Virus record (IMG/VR): IMGVR_UViG_2524023210_000007
Location: 80,429-132,315 of that record
Source of the DNA: a virus
Lineage: Duplodnaviria; Heunggongvirae; Uroviricota; Caudoviricetes
DNA length: 51,887 nucleotides
Reading direction: 5' to 3' (one strand)
Position 1 is the stretch's first letter. The number at the start of each line of letters is the position of its first letter. Below, piece by piece: positions 1 through 10,400 of this stretch. The position numbers and the translations under genes were made by a program. The notes under the pieces were generated by a model. That model saw only the letters and a list, made by a program, of their open reading frames with translations, was not told the origin of the DNA and did no database searches.

Positions 1-246
1 GCGGACGTCAAAGTTGTCGCAAAGGGCTATGCGCCTGGTGAACTGGCTCCAGGCATAACCGTCGGCGTTCGCAAGCTGATCGTTTCGCGTCTTGATCTTG
101 AGGACGCCGGATTCCCGGTACCGCCGGTCAAGGGCGACCGGATATTCTTTGGCGCGAACCTCGACGTCGCGACCACGATCGACGCCGTGGACGCCGACCA
201 TCGAGAATATCTCGGCTGCTACGATATCACGACATCGGGCGCCTGA
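1..246 (+). CDS. Head-tail joining/closure protein (5'-partial)
   Basis: Open frame from base 1 (ADVKVVAKGY...CYDITTSGA*) whose TGA overlaps the next ATG; position before neck genes. Confidence 0.5.
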   Translation, partial: ADVKVVAKGYAPGELAPGITVGVRKLIVSRLDLEDAGFPVPPVKGDRIFFGANLDVATTIDAVDADHREYLGCYDITTSGA

Positions 247-899
247 TGGCGCGGATATCGACCTTCGCCAAGGATCTTCAACTCGCCACCGCCGGCATCG
301 CGCCGGAGAACATCGCCCGGGAATTGGCCGCCTTCGCGAAGAGCGAGCTCGCAAAGGCCATCGCGGACGGCGAGGGGTCAGAGCGATATGACCGCTATGT
401 CAACGGCGTGCTCGGAGCCGTGGAAGAGACGGTCGTGCCGCCGGGCCCGATCCTCTACGTCTTCCAGTGGTGGCGCGAGATCATCGAATTTGCGCTGCAG
501 TCCGCAGTTGAGCGATCGCCGGAGAAGTCGGGCGACTACAAGAAGTCTTGGTTCATCATGACGCCCGGTGGCGTCATCAAGAGCTTCGACGAGATCCCGA
601 TCAACTCGACGGTGATCTTGACCAACAATCAGCCCTACAGCCGAAAGATCGACGTCGGGCACATGCGGATGTCGGTGCCGCCAGGCGTCATCGAAGACGT
701 CCGCAAGATGGTGATGGCGAGGTTCGGAAACTTCGTCACGGCCAAGCGGACGCTGATCCCGCTACCAGGCGGCTACATCCTCAAGGGGCGTTTCCGGCGC
801 GGTTATCGGCCGTACGCCCGCACAAAGTTGCGGCCGGACACCCAGGCCGGCGCGCAGATGACCTATCCGGCGTTGGTCATGTCGATGAAGGAGATCTGA
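246..899 (+). CDS. Putative neck/tail-completion protein (HK97 gp10-like)
   Basis: 217 aa; SPEKSGDYKKSW and NNQPYSRKI motifs resemble gp10-like proteins; synteny. Confidence 0.55.
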   Translation: MARISTFAKDLQLATAGIAPENIARELAAFAKSELAKAIADGEGSERYDRYVNGVLGAVEETVVPPGPILYVFQWWREIIEFALQSAVERSPEKSGDYKKSWFIMTPGGVIKSFDEIPINSTVILTNNQPYSRKIDVGHMRMSVPPGVIEDVRKMVMARFGNFVTAKRTLIPLPGGYILKGRFRRGYRPYARTKLRPDTQAGAQMTYPALVMSMKEI

Positions 900-1372
900 T
901 GGCCCTGCCGTACGATCCCGTGTTCGACGCGATCCGCGAATATCTCGGGTACACGGATCTCGAGACAGGGGAGTGGGTGCCAGGCAACTGGGACGCCTCG
1001 CTAGCGCCACTCGTCTACGAGAACGACAGCGATGGCCCGCCAACTGGCGAAGTCTCAAATTGGGTGCTCGTAGTCTTGGACTCGACCTTGTACGGCCAGC
1101 AATCGATCGGCGCCGGCGAGGACCAGGCCGCCAACCGCTGGGATGAAGACGGCACGCTTTGGTTTCACGTCTTCACGCCGCGCGGCAGCGGTTCGCGAGA
1201 GGCGCGTCGGATCGCGAAGGGGCTCGCGAATATGTTTCGCGGCGCCACGATGCTCAATGGCCGGCTCGAGTTCATGGATGCTGACATGGGCGCCAGCGAT
1301 CCCGGCAAAGAGAACGCCAATTATTACCTGCGCTCGGTCAGCATCGACTGGCGCGTCATCGACGCAGAATAG
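899..1372 (+). CDS. Tail terminator-like protein
   Basis: ATG overlaps previous TGA; GTLWFHVFTPRGSG...A..L..MFRG motif; precedes tube gene. Confidence 0.6.
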   Translation: MALPYDPVFDAIREYLGYTDLETGEWVPGNWDASLAPLVYENDSDGPPTGEVSNWVLVVLDSTLYGQQSIGAGEDQAANRWDEDGTLWFHVFTPRGSGSREARRIAKGLANMFRGATMLNGRLEFMDADMGASDPGKENANYYLRSVSIDWRVIDAE

Positions 1373-1380
1373 GGAGGTCC

Positions 1381-1635
1381 GTGATGGACTACGACGTCTT
1401 GAAGCCATTCAACACCGTGAACCGTCGATTCAAGCCGGCCGCAGATGCGGATGCGGCGAGCGCGGCCGGTGGCAACATCGTCTTGGATACCGACGATCTC
1501 ACGCCGCACACCATCGAGACCCTGGAGAAGCGCGGGTTCATCAAGGCCAGGACGGCAAAGCCACCCGTTGCCCCGCCGGCGAACAAGCTGGCGACTGCTG
1601 CCATCGAGCCGGGCCCAGCCACCTCCGAAAAATAG
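1381..1635 (+). CDS. Hypothetical phage protein
   Basis: 84 aa with GGGAGG RBS. Confidence 0.6.
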   Translation: MMDYDVLKPFNTVNRRFKPAADADAASAAGGNIVLDTDDLTPHTIETLEKRGFIKARTAKPPVAPPANKLATAAIEPGPATSEK

Positions 1636-1661
1636 TCCGCCCTCAAATCCTGACCTCACGC

Positions 1662-1687
1662 AAGGCGCCTCTGGCGCTTTTTTCTTT
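1662..1687 (+). terminator. Intrinsic terminator-like hairpin just before the tail tube gene
   Basis: AAGGCGCC-TCT-GGCGCTTT followed by TTTCTTT. Confidence 0.5.
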
Positions 1688-1698
1688 GGGAGAAAGCC

Positions 1699-3186
1699 GT
1701 GACTTCATCCAACCGCACGCAAGTAGCCCTTGTCCGGGAGAGCACGCCGGGAGTCACGCCCACCACACCGCGTATGCGCAAGGTGAGGATCACGGGCGAG
1801 TCGCTGCAGTTCGCGCCGACCTATGTCGACTCCGAAGAAATCCGGGACGACCGCATGCTCGGCGACCCGATCAAGACCAACCAGTCTTCATCGGGCGGCC
1901 TCAACTTCGAGCTCTCCTACCCGGACGATCTCTCTCCATTGTCTGAGCTCATCATGTCGGCGTTCGAGAATGCATGGGTGAACACCCCGCAGTTCTTCAA
2001 CGACGGCACCCCGGATAGCGTCATCACCGACGCCGGCACTGCGGCGAATACCTATGCGGTGACGGCGGGCGGCGCCGCGGTGAAGCAGGGCCATCTGGTT
2101 CGGGCCACCGGTTTCACGAATGCGGCCAACAACCAGATCTTCCCGGTTGCCTCGTCGACCTCGGGTACCATCGTCGGTACGGCCATCGGTTTGACTGCGG
2201 AGACCGCACCTCCCGGCACCGCGAAGTTGAAGGTGGTCGGATTTGCTGGCGCCTCCGGCGACATCACGGCGCTCGCGGACGGTCTCGGCTCGACCACGCT
2301 CGATTTCACGACGTTGGGGCTCGTTCCCGGCCAGTGGGTCAAGGTCGGTGGTTCGGCAGCCGCGTCGCAATTTGCCTTCCTCATCACTGCCGGCGCCAAG
2401 GCACGCGCTGCGGCGTTCGCCCGCATCACGGCGATCGCCGCCCACAAGCTGACCCTCGACAACCTGCCGTCAGGCTGGACCACCGATACCGGTACCGGCA
2501 AGACGATCTGGGTATTCGTCGGCGACCAGATCAAGAACGGCGTCACGCCGAATTCAGTGACGATCGAGCGTGGCTTCCTCGCCCAACCGATCCCGTCGTA
2601 CATCGTCAACCTCGGCATGCGCGTGAACACGTTCAATATCGAGATGACGAGCGGCGACAAGCTGAAGGGAACAGCTGCGTTCATGGGTCTCGGCGGAGGC
2701 ATCGGCACCACCGCACTAGACGCTTCTCCTGATGCGGTCACGACCGGCGTCGTCATGGCGGCCAACGCCAACGTCGGCCGTCTCGGCGTCAACCAGATCC
2801 AACTCGGCGCCCCGAACTGGGCGAAGGGATTCACCGTCCAGATCAACAACAACCTTCGCGCTCTGGACGCCGTCGACTCCGACGTTCCAGTCGGCATCAA
2901 CGACGGCGAGTGCACCGTGACCGGCAACATGAGCACGTACTTCGGCAGCAAAGACGAGGTCGAGGCATTCTACAACGGCACGCCGCGGGGGATAAACTCC
3001 CGCGTCGCAAAAAACGGCCAAGCGCTGATCTTCCAGGTGCCGCGCGCCACCTATCGCGGTGGCGGCAATCCGCAGGCGACCGCGAAGAACACGGACGTCA
3101 TGGCGAACTTCGACTACCAGGCCAGCCAGGATGTCCTCACGAACGCGCACGTCCTCCTCGACCGCTTCGAGTATTTCGAGGCGTGA
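1699..3186 (+). CDS. Major tail tube protein with internal insertion domain
   Basis: 495 aa, GTG start; ES.PGVTP..P....R.TGESL N-terminus typical of tube proteins; synteny. Confidence 0.8.
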   Translation: MTSSNRTQVALVRESTPGVTPTTPRMRKVRITGESLQFAPTYVDSEEIRDDRMLGDPIKTNQSSSGGLNFELSYPDDLSPLSELIMSAFENAWVNTPQFFNDGTPDSVITDAGTAANTYAVTAGGAAVKQGHLVRATGFTNAANNQIFPVASSTSGTIVGTAIGLTAETAPPGTAKLKVVGFAGASGDITALADGLGSTTLDFTTLGLVPGQWVKVGGSAAASQFAFLITAGAKARAAAFARITAIAAHKLTLDNLPSGWTTDTGTGKTIWVFVGDQIKNGVTPNSVTIERGFLAQPIPSYIVNLGMRVNTFNIEMTSGDKLKGTAAFMGLGGGIGTTALDASPDAVTTGVVMAANANVGRLGVNQIQLGAPNWAKGFTVQINNNLRALDAVDSDVPVGINDGECTVTGNMSTYFGSKDEVEAFYNGTPRGINSRVAKNGQALIFQVPRATYRGGGNPQATAKNTDVMANFDYQASQDVLTNAHVLLDRFEYFEA

Positions 3187-3221
3187 GAAGCGAAGCATCT
3201 CTGGCGCAGTGAGGAGGGGCA

Positions 3222-3551
3222 ATGAGCGTGTTTTCTGGCGTCATCGCAAACGGCGGATCGATTTCGGGCGCGATCCCGATCGGCGACAAGGTCATCACTG
3301 GAATCGTGATGCCGGCAGGTTGGGACGCGGCCGCGCTGACCTTCCAGGTCAGCATTGATGGTGGCGTCAATTGGTCGAACCTCTTCGACTCGAGCGGAAA
3401 CGAGGTCGCCTTTCAGGCGGCGGCATCTCGGTTCATCGCGGTCGACCCGACGCTCTGGATCGGCATCAACCACATCAAGATTCGGTCCGGCACGGCGGCT
3501 GCCGCGGTGAATCAGAATGCCGAAAGATCTGTTCGTCTGGTTGGTCAATGA
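3222..3551 (+). CDS. Hypothetical virion protein
   Basis: 109 aa, GAGGAGG RBS, beta-rich. Confidence 0.6.
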   Translation: MSVFSGVIANGGSISGAIPIGDKVITGIVMPAGWDAAALTFQVSIDGGVNWSNLFDSSGNEVAFQAAASRFIAVDPTLWIGINHIKIRSGTAAAAVNQNAERSVRLVGQ

Positions 3552-4885
3552 CGAAGGTGCCGCGCACTCGCCGCGAACTGCTTAAGCCGCGAGGACGACT
3601 GATCCTTGGGAGAGTGGACGTCCCGCCATGGGTGCTGCGCGCTGGCGGGGCCGCGGCGGCTGTCGATCTGGATCTAGCCGGGGGCCGATATTTCGGGGGT
3701 GTGCTGGCCGACCTGCTTTCGTGCTCGCGGGCTTCGACGGGATATGCACAGACGAGCGCCGGGGTCTTGGTGCCGTTTGCGAACAATGTAATGCGCATCA
3801 CTGATCTCGGTTGCCTGATCGAAGAGAGCCGAACAAACCTGATGCTGCAAAACCAGTCGGCCACAGCGGCAGCTTGGAATGCGCAAAATCTAAATCGGAC
3901 CGACAACGCAGCCATCGCTCCCGATAGCACCATGACGGCATCGCTGGTCGCTCGCACCAGCACCGCAGCGAACTGCTATTTTCAAAGCAACATCGCGGTT
4001 ACAGCCACGGCTGGTGCTACCTATACGGTCTCGCGTTACGTCAAGAAAAGTACGGTTGATGGCTTTTTCGGCCTCCGCATCCAAGGAACTTATCCGGTCA
4101 GGGCAGACGCGGTTTTCAACCTGAACAACGGAACCATCGTCGGTACGGCGGTCACCACCTTTTCAGGGCAAAGCGCCACAATCACGCCTTTGGCGAATGG
4201 GTGGTATTTCGTGACACTGACCGCCACCCTCGATGCCGGCACCACAGCGATCCGCGTCGTGAATGGCCCAGCGAGCGGATCAAGCGTTAGCTCGTGGGAA
4301 GGCTCCAGTGCGACGCTTTCCGACGCTCATGTTTGGGGCGGCAACCTCGAACTTGGTGCATTTGCCACGTCCACGATCCCGACCACGACAACGAGCGCGG
4401 TTCGCGTGGCGGACCAAGTTTCGGTCAGCGGGGCGCTCGCCGCGCTGCTGTTCTCCACGTTGGGTTATGCCTTTGCGGCCAAATTGAAGATGCCAACCCC
4501 ACTCAATGTTGGGAATAACAACTATGTGTTGGCCGTGAGTGACGGGACGCTCAACAATCGGATTTCCAACTTCGTTGTCGGTAGCAGCGGCAATGGTTCC
4601 TATCGCCATATTGTCGCCGGCGCAGCCACCAACCCGCTCGATAGATCAGCGTCGTTCCCAGCCGGGACAGCGCACACTTTCGGACGGTCTGTCAGCAATG
4701 TGAGTGACACGAGTTACGTTGATGGCATTGCGGGCGCGGCCGTAGGCCAGACGGCGATGCCGACCGTCAATCAGGGCTACCTCGGATCAAATGAGACCGG
4801 AAATGCCTCGTTCTTCAATGGCTATATTCCGCGCGTTTCGTTTTGGTCCAATGCCGTGAATCTATCCGGCGTGACTGTTCCGTAG
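3548..4885 (+). CDS. Fibre/spike-like virion protein with carbohydrate-binding (LamG-like) domains
   Basis: ATG at 3548 overlaps previous stop; SRASTG...RITDLGCLIEESRTNL and IPTT.SAVRVAD motifs of spike/fibre proteins. Confidence 0.6.
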   Translation: MTKVPRTRRELLKPRGRLILGRVDVPPWVLRAGGAAAAVDLDLAGGRYFGGVLADLLSCSRASTGYAQTSAGVLVPFANNVMRITDLGCLIEESRTNLMLQNQSATAAAWNAQNLNRTDNAAIAPDSTMTASLVARTSTAANCYFQSNIAVTATAGATYTVSRYVKKSTVDGFFGLRIQGTYPVRADAVFNLNNGTIVGTAVTTFSGQSATITPLANGWYFVTLTATLDAGTTAIRVVNGPASGSSVSSWEGSSATLSDAHVWGGNLELGAFATSTIPTTTTSAVRVADQVSVSGALAALLFSTLGYAFAAKLKMPTPLNVGNNNYVLAVSDGTLNNRISNFVVGSSGNGSYRHIVAGAATNPLDRSASFPAGTAHTFGRSVSNVSDTSYVDGIAGAAVGQTAMPTVNQGYLGSNETGNASFFNGYIPRVSFWSNAVNLSGVTVP

Positions 4886-4895
4886 GAGATGACAA

Positions 4896-5291
4896 ATGAA
4901 AACGAAGCTTCATTTGATGCAGTTTGACAGCGAGCAGATCGCGCGAAGCGATTTGGTCGTTGGTGAGTATTATTTTCCAGAGCAGGAACAGGGCGGCGAT
5001 ATCATCCCTGGCACTTGGGACCCAAGTCGTACGTTTCCGAACACGTTGGTCTTCATCACGCAAGACGCTCAAAGCGGCTTCTGGATCATAATCGCGGTCG
5101 ATGACAGCAACACGTCGCTTGCACAGCACGCGAATTGCCGTCTCGCTTGGGACAATCTGAGCGCCGTGATCCTCGGCGGCACCTACACCGGCAACGATAT
5201 GTCGGCGCTCTACGTCTCCCCCGTGCCAGCAGGCGCATACAATCCTTGGAACGGCCAGCCGCCTGCGCCGCCAGAACAGCCCGCGCAGTAG
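4896..5291 (+). CDS. Hypothetical protein
   Basis: 131 aa, AGGAG RBS. Confidence 0.6.
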   Translation: MKTKLHLMQFDSEQIARSDLVVGEYYFPEQEQGGDIIPGTWDPSRTFPNTLVFITQDAQSGFWIIIAVDDSNTSLAQHANCRLAWDNLSAVILGGTYTGNDMSALYVSPVPAGAYNPWNGQPPAPPEQPAQ

Positions 5292-5418
5292 TTCACACTC
5301 TGAGCGTTCTCTGCACCTTATCAAAGCTTCGTTGACCTTGGCGCGGTCGCGGCGATCTTCTTGAATTTGTGGCAAAAGCATGGAATAAACCCTCAGCTTC
5401 CCAAAGTATGAGAATACC

Positions 5419-6210
5419 ATGGCAGAGAGCCTAGCCCCGATCGACGCTTGTATCTTCGAGTCTCCCAATCCCCAATTCGCAATTGATCTGATCGAGGGCT
5501 GGACATCGGCTTTCCCCTCAGAAGCAAAGGTCACTGCCGGAACCGTCAATTTGTTCGCGGATGACCGTGCAAAGTGGGCGTTCACCAAAATCCGCGCCGA
5601 TGGACGGGCTGGTGTGGAGGGGATGGACGTTCTGGAGCTCGGGCCGCTGGAGGGCGCACATACCTATATGCTTCAGCAGGCTGGGGCTAAGTGCATCACC
5701 GCGATTGAGGCCAACAAGCGCCTGTTTATGAAATGCCTTATAACGAAGGAGGTTCTGGGCATGGACCGCACCAAGTTCATGCTTGGTGATTTTATGCCCT
5801 GGCTTGGAACGACGAATCGCAGGTTCGATCTTGTATGGTGTACTGGCGTACTTTATCACATGCCAGAGCCGCTCAAGCTATTGCATGCGGTAAGCAAGGT
5901 CACTGACCGTGTGCACATCTGGACCCATTATGTCGATGAGGCTGGGTTAGATCAGCCGTGGGCGTCGCCAATCATCGCGCCAGATGATCGAAATTTCATG
6001 GGTCGAACTGTCAGGCACTACCGCAGGAGCTATCACGACGCAGCGAAGAGCAAGACCTACTGCGGCGGCGTGTACAATGAGGCTTCGTGGATCACCAAAG
6101 GTGATATCCTCAAACAACTTGAAATAGATGGATTCAAGTCTATCGATATCGCCTTCGACACGCATGACAATCCCAACGGTCCCTGCTTTGCGCTAGTCGC
6201 CCAAAGATAG
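5419..6210 (+). CDS. Class I SAM-dependent methyltransferase
   Basis: VLELGPLEG (motif I), AIEAN, FDLVWCTGVLYH. Confidence 0.85.
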   Translation: MAESLAPIDACIFESPNPQFAIDLIEGWTSAFPSEAKVTAGTVNLFADDRAKWAFTKIRADGRAGVEGMDVLELGPLEGAHTYMLQQAGAKCITAIEANKRLFMKCLITKEVLGMDRTKFMLGDFMPWLGTTNRRFDLVWCTGVLYHMPEPLKLLHAVSKVTDRVHIWTHYVDEAGLDQPWASPIIAPDDRNFMGRTVRHYRRSYHDAAKSKTYCGGVYNEASWITKGDILKQLEIDGFKSIDIAFDTHDNPNGPCFALVAQR

Positions 6211-6234
6211 GCATATCGAAACAGATCTGTCACA

Positions 6235-6254
6235 AAGCCGCCTTCGGGCGGCTT
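6235..6254. terminator. Hairpin after the methyltransferase gene
   Basis: AAGCCGCC-TTCG-GGCGGCTT; only a weak T-tract, and on the minus strand. Confidence 0.5.
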
Positions 6255-6269
6255 CGTCATTGGAGCCCC

Positions 6270-6550
6270 TTCGACGCCAGGGCTGATCCCGATGTCTTTC
6301 GGACTGCGGCGACCCACAGCGACCTTTCGATCACGCAAGGACTAAAATTGCGGCTGCGAATTGGCCCGCAGTTCGTCCGTGATGGTGGCTCGCACGAAGA
6401 GCCGCGACGGTTGGCGGCTGCCGCATAAGTCAAGTACCCGAGTTACCCGCAGGTCTGGGCCGGTCGGTGCCGGCAGAGGATTGGTGTCCTCGTGACCTCG
6501 GGATTTCACCGCCCGGCGCCCCGCCGGGCTTTCCCTTGATCCCAAGGTGA
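6270..6550 (+). ncRNA. Candidate structured RNA in tail-operon intergenic region
   Basis: No credible ORF; nested stems 6330-6383, 6385-6405, 6437-6502, 6511-6529. Confidence 0.4.
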
Positions 6551-6559
6551 CACCAAACC

Positions 6560-7003
6560 ATGACTGAATCGCAGAAGACTTCATCTGTTCGTAGAGTCAA
6601 ACTGTCTTCGCTCAAGTCCGACAGCCAAAAGGAGCGCGAAGGAGATTGGATCCCGGCGCTCGACATCGACCCGGACATCAAGTGGTTTGTCCGATCGACG
6701 AATTACGCACCGTTTAAAATTGCTCGCGACGCCCATGCATCGAAACTCGCGCGCAGGCACGGCGACAACGTCCCCGACGACGTCATGGCTGACGTCTATG
6801 GCAAGCTCGCCGTCGAGCACCTCCTCCTCGGTTGGCAGGGCCTTGTCGACGATGACGAGCGGGACATCGAATTCAGCCCTGAGCGTGCGAAGGAGATCCT
6901 AACCGATCCGGAATATCGGGCGGTCCGTGGGTCGGTCTACCTGGCAGCAACGAAGGTCGGCCGCGAAGAGGTCGAGTTCGTCGAGGCCGGCACAAAAAAC
7001 TGA
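6560..7003 (+). CDS. Tail assembly chaperone (gpG-like)
   Basis: 147 aa before tape measure; ends in slippery A AAA AAC TGA. Confidence 0.8.
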   Translation: MTESQKTSSVRRVKLSSLKSDSQKEREGDWIPALDIDPDIKWFVRSTNYAPFKIARDAHASKLARRHGDNVPDDVMADVYGKLAVEHLLLGWQGLVDDDERDIEFSPERAKEILTDPEYRAVRGSVYLAATKVGREEVEFVEAGTKN

Positions 7004-7401
7004 GAGCGGCCCTTCGCTACGAGCTCGAGCAGAAGGGCAACGACGAGTGGATCGCTGAGCTCGCCGAAGAAGATCCAGACGCTGCTGAATTCGCCGCCAA
7101 CGCGAAGCGACCGGCCGATGCCGTCGTTCCGTTTTGGGCCGAAATCTATTGGCGCGCCTGGCACACGCTTCAGTTCGATCGACAGTACGGCGCCATGGGC
7201 GGCGAGTCGCCCATCACCTTCCTTTCCCTTGATGCGTACGCGCGACGCTACGGCATCGCCGGCGTCGAGTTCGAGCACTTCCTCGCCTTGGTTGGTGCCA
7301 TGGACGAGGAATACCTCGAGCACATCGCGCGCATCATGAAGGCGGAGAAGGAGAGGGCGGCCGAAGAAGCCCGCATGAAGACAAGGGAGGCTGCACCCTA
7401 A
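6994..7401 (+). CDS. Tail assembly chaperone -1 frameshift extension (gpT-like)
   Basis: The -1 frame from the slippery site is open (LRAALRYELEQKG...GAMGGESPITF...) to TAA at 7401. Confidence 0.75.
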   Translation, partial: KKLRAALRYELEQKGNDEWIAELAEEDPDAAEFAANAKRPADAVVPFWAEIYWRAWHTLQFDRQYGAMGGESPITFLSLDAYARRYGIAGVEFEHFLALVGAMDEEYLEHIARIMKAEKERAAEEARMKTREAAP

Positions 7402-7402
7402 A

Positions 7403-10400
7403 ATGGCCGGTGTTGCTCTTTCATCGCTGCGCGTTACGTCGGATTTCGACGCTTCCGCCTACGCCCGCGGTGCCCAACAAAAGATCGACGCCGACAATCG
7501 GATGATCGCCAGCGACCGCGCGCGCAACGCGGCGCTAAAACAAGCCGATGCAGCTCTGGCAAAGGCGATTCCTGGTGTCGGCGGGCTCAGCAAGAGCTTG
7601 CTCGAGGGATACAGTGCCGGCGCTCAGTTCGAGGCCATGATCCGGCGCATCAACAATGCCATGGACAGGGGTCTTGGCCTCGACCGTGCAAACCTGTTGC
7701 TCGACGCCGCGTATCGAAAATTCGGTCTGTTCGCCGATGCGCAGCAGATAGCCGAGCGCGGCTCTCTCGAGCTGGCAAATGCGGTCAATCAACTCAACAA
7801 CGCATACTCGGTTCAAGCCGAGGTTGCCGCGCGCGCCGCTGCTGCTGCGGAACAAGCCGGCGCCGCTCAGCAGGCTCAAGCGCGGTATACAGGCCAGTTC
7901 GGTATCTCCGGCGCGGCGAGCGTTCCGAGTGCCACGGCAAATCAGGTTGCGGCCCGGGTAGACGCCGAGCAGCGGCTCAGCGCGGTCATGGCGCGCCGTG
8001 TTGATCTCGAGGACCAACTGAAGACGGCGCAATCTGCCACGGCCAGCACTGTTTCGGATCTCGAGGCGAAGATCCGAAGCGCTGCCGTCACGACCGATGC
8101 CGCAAACAAGGTCGTCCTCGTCAATATTCAGAAGGTCAACGAGCTCTGGCAGAAGGAGCGCGACTTCTTCATCGAGCCGGGCAATCAGGGGAAACTGCCA
8201 GGCGCGCTCGACTTCATCAAGAATTTCTCGGGAGGCCAGTTCAGCGCCTCTACGCTCGGCGTTCTCGGGGGCGGACAGGTCGGGTTTGACGATGGGCGCA
8301 ATCGCTTTGCGGCGATGCGCGATCTGGGGTTCTCGGCCGCGCCGGTCGCGATGGACCAAGAATCCATCGAAAATGCAAAGCGCCTTGGGCTGATCGTTGT
8401 TCAAACGGAGCAGGACGTCGCGACCAAGGTCGCCGCTATTCAGCAAAGCATCCTCGAGAACGATCGGCGGGTTGCGCAGGAGCGCATCAACGTCGCTTCG
8501 GCGACCCAGGCGAGGATCGACGATTCCCTTCGTGAGGCCCCACAGTCGTCGGAATTCTTCGGTTCGGCGAGAGCGTCTGCTGATGCCTTTATGGCGCAGT
8601 TCGGCGGGCTCGAGGGGATCGCCAAGGCAAGAGCGTCGGAAGCGGCAGCAGCGTTCGCGGACGAACTCGATCGCCGGATGATCGCCGGCGCGGCCAAATC
8701 CGCGCGGGACTCGGCGAGCGTTTTCGAAGCTGAACTTCGACAGGTCGAGGAGGTCGCCCGTCTGCGCGCACAGCAGGCCGGATCCGAGTTCCAGCGGAGC
8801 TTCAATGCTTCCTTGGGCATTGGCGGTCCGTCGGCGACTTCCCAAGGAGCGACCTATTCGGCGCTGGCCGCGCAGATTGAGCGCCTCGACCAGATCGAGC
8901 AGGCGAGGGCGGCCCACAACGCTCAGCAGTTCCAGGCCAACATCAACCTGGCCAGCGGGATTGATCGGCAGGCGAAGTCGGCGCGGGACTCCGCGGCCAT
9001 ATTCCTTCAGGCCGCGCAGGCCGAGGAGGCGGCGGCGAAATCGGCCGCCGATCTCCGCGCGCAGATCGATCCGATGGGTACGGAATTCGCGCGGCTCGGC
9101 GCCCAGATGGCGGATTACCGCAAGCTGCTCAATGACGGCGTGATCTCCGCAAACGAATACGAGCAGGCCCAAGTCCTCCTCGCGAAGCGGCTCACGGACG
9201 TCCAGCAGCAATTGAACACGACCTCGCGCATCGGTCGCGTGACGTCGGGTGAGATGGCGAATCTAGGATATCAGATCAACGACGTCGTCACTGGTCTCGC
9301 GCTTGGCCAGTCGCCGTTCATGATTCTCGCCCAGCAGGGTGGTCAGTTTTTCCAGATCTTCCAGGCCTCGAAGGCGAGCCTATCGGAATTCGTCACGGCG
9401 GCCAGCAGCGGCTTCATGAGCATCCTGAGCGTCGGCAGGGTGGCGTGGGGTGGTGTTGCCGCGGCAACCGGCATCGCTCTCCTGGCGCTCAACTCCTACC
9501 TGACGGCCCAGGAAAAGGTCACCATGGGCCTGCTCGGTGCCGGCCGCGCCGCCGGTACGAACAACGCCGGAATCACTGCCATCGCCGAGGCAGGATCTTC
9601 GCCGACCGGACTGTCGGTCAGCGAAGCTAGGGAATTGGCCACCGCGCTGGCATCGACGGGTAAGGTCGCAAACGACAACCTTCTACCAATCGTCCAGACG
9701 GGCAAGGACATCTCGCGCATCTTCGGCGTCGATGCGACGGAGGCGGCCAAGATGCTGGCGGACGCCTTCGCGGATCCCATCAGGGGCGCGGATCAGTTGA
9801 ACCAGCGCCTCGGTTTCATGGACGCGGCGTCGAGGCGCAACATCCAGAATCTTGTCGATCAAAATAACCTCTATGGCGCCCAACGAGCACTGCTTAGCGG
9901 CGTGCAGCAGGGCCTTCAGGGTGTCTCTGATGCGACGTCGCTCACGAGCAAGGGCTGGACGGCACTCGGCAACGCGATTTCGAACGGTTGGGACGCTCTC
10001 GGCAAGTTCATAACCAAGTCCCTCGGGCTCGACAGTGGCCTCGAAGAGCAATTGGCGAAAGCCAAGGCACAGCTTGATGAGTTGAAGAAGTCGGGCGGCT
10101 ATCTCTTTGCCTACGGCATGGAGATGCCGATCAAACTCGACAATTCGGCTGTCCAAGCCCAGCAGGAGCGCGTCGATCAGCTCACGGCGGCGATAGAGCG
10201 GAACAAAAATGCAGCCTCTGCTGCTGCGGCCGCGCAGCGCTCGTTCTTGGTCGAGTCGACGGCGCGATCGCTAGAGCCCGAGATCGCTGACCGGGAAAAG
10301 CTGACCAACGATCTCGTGGTGCTGAAGTCCGCTCTGGACAGCATCGCGCAGGATGAAGCCGCCGGGGCACGACTTCAGCAACTCGAGCTCTCAATGGAGC

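Noticed and set aside
6430-6510. HDV-like/theta or twister ribozyme
   Set aside because: TCCTCG and GCCGGT resemble those cores, but I could not form P1/P1.1 or the twister pseudoknots
7535-9211. 558-aa minus-strand ORF
   Set aside because: Antisense shadow of the GC-rich tape measure gene
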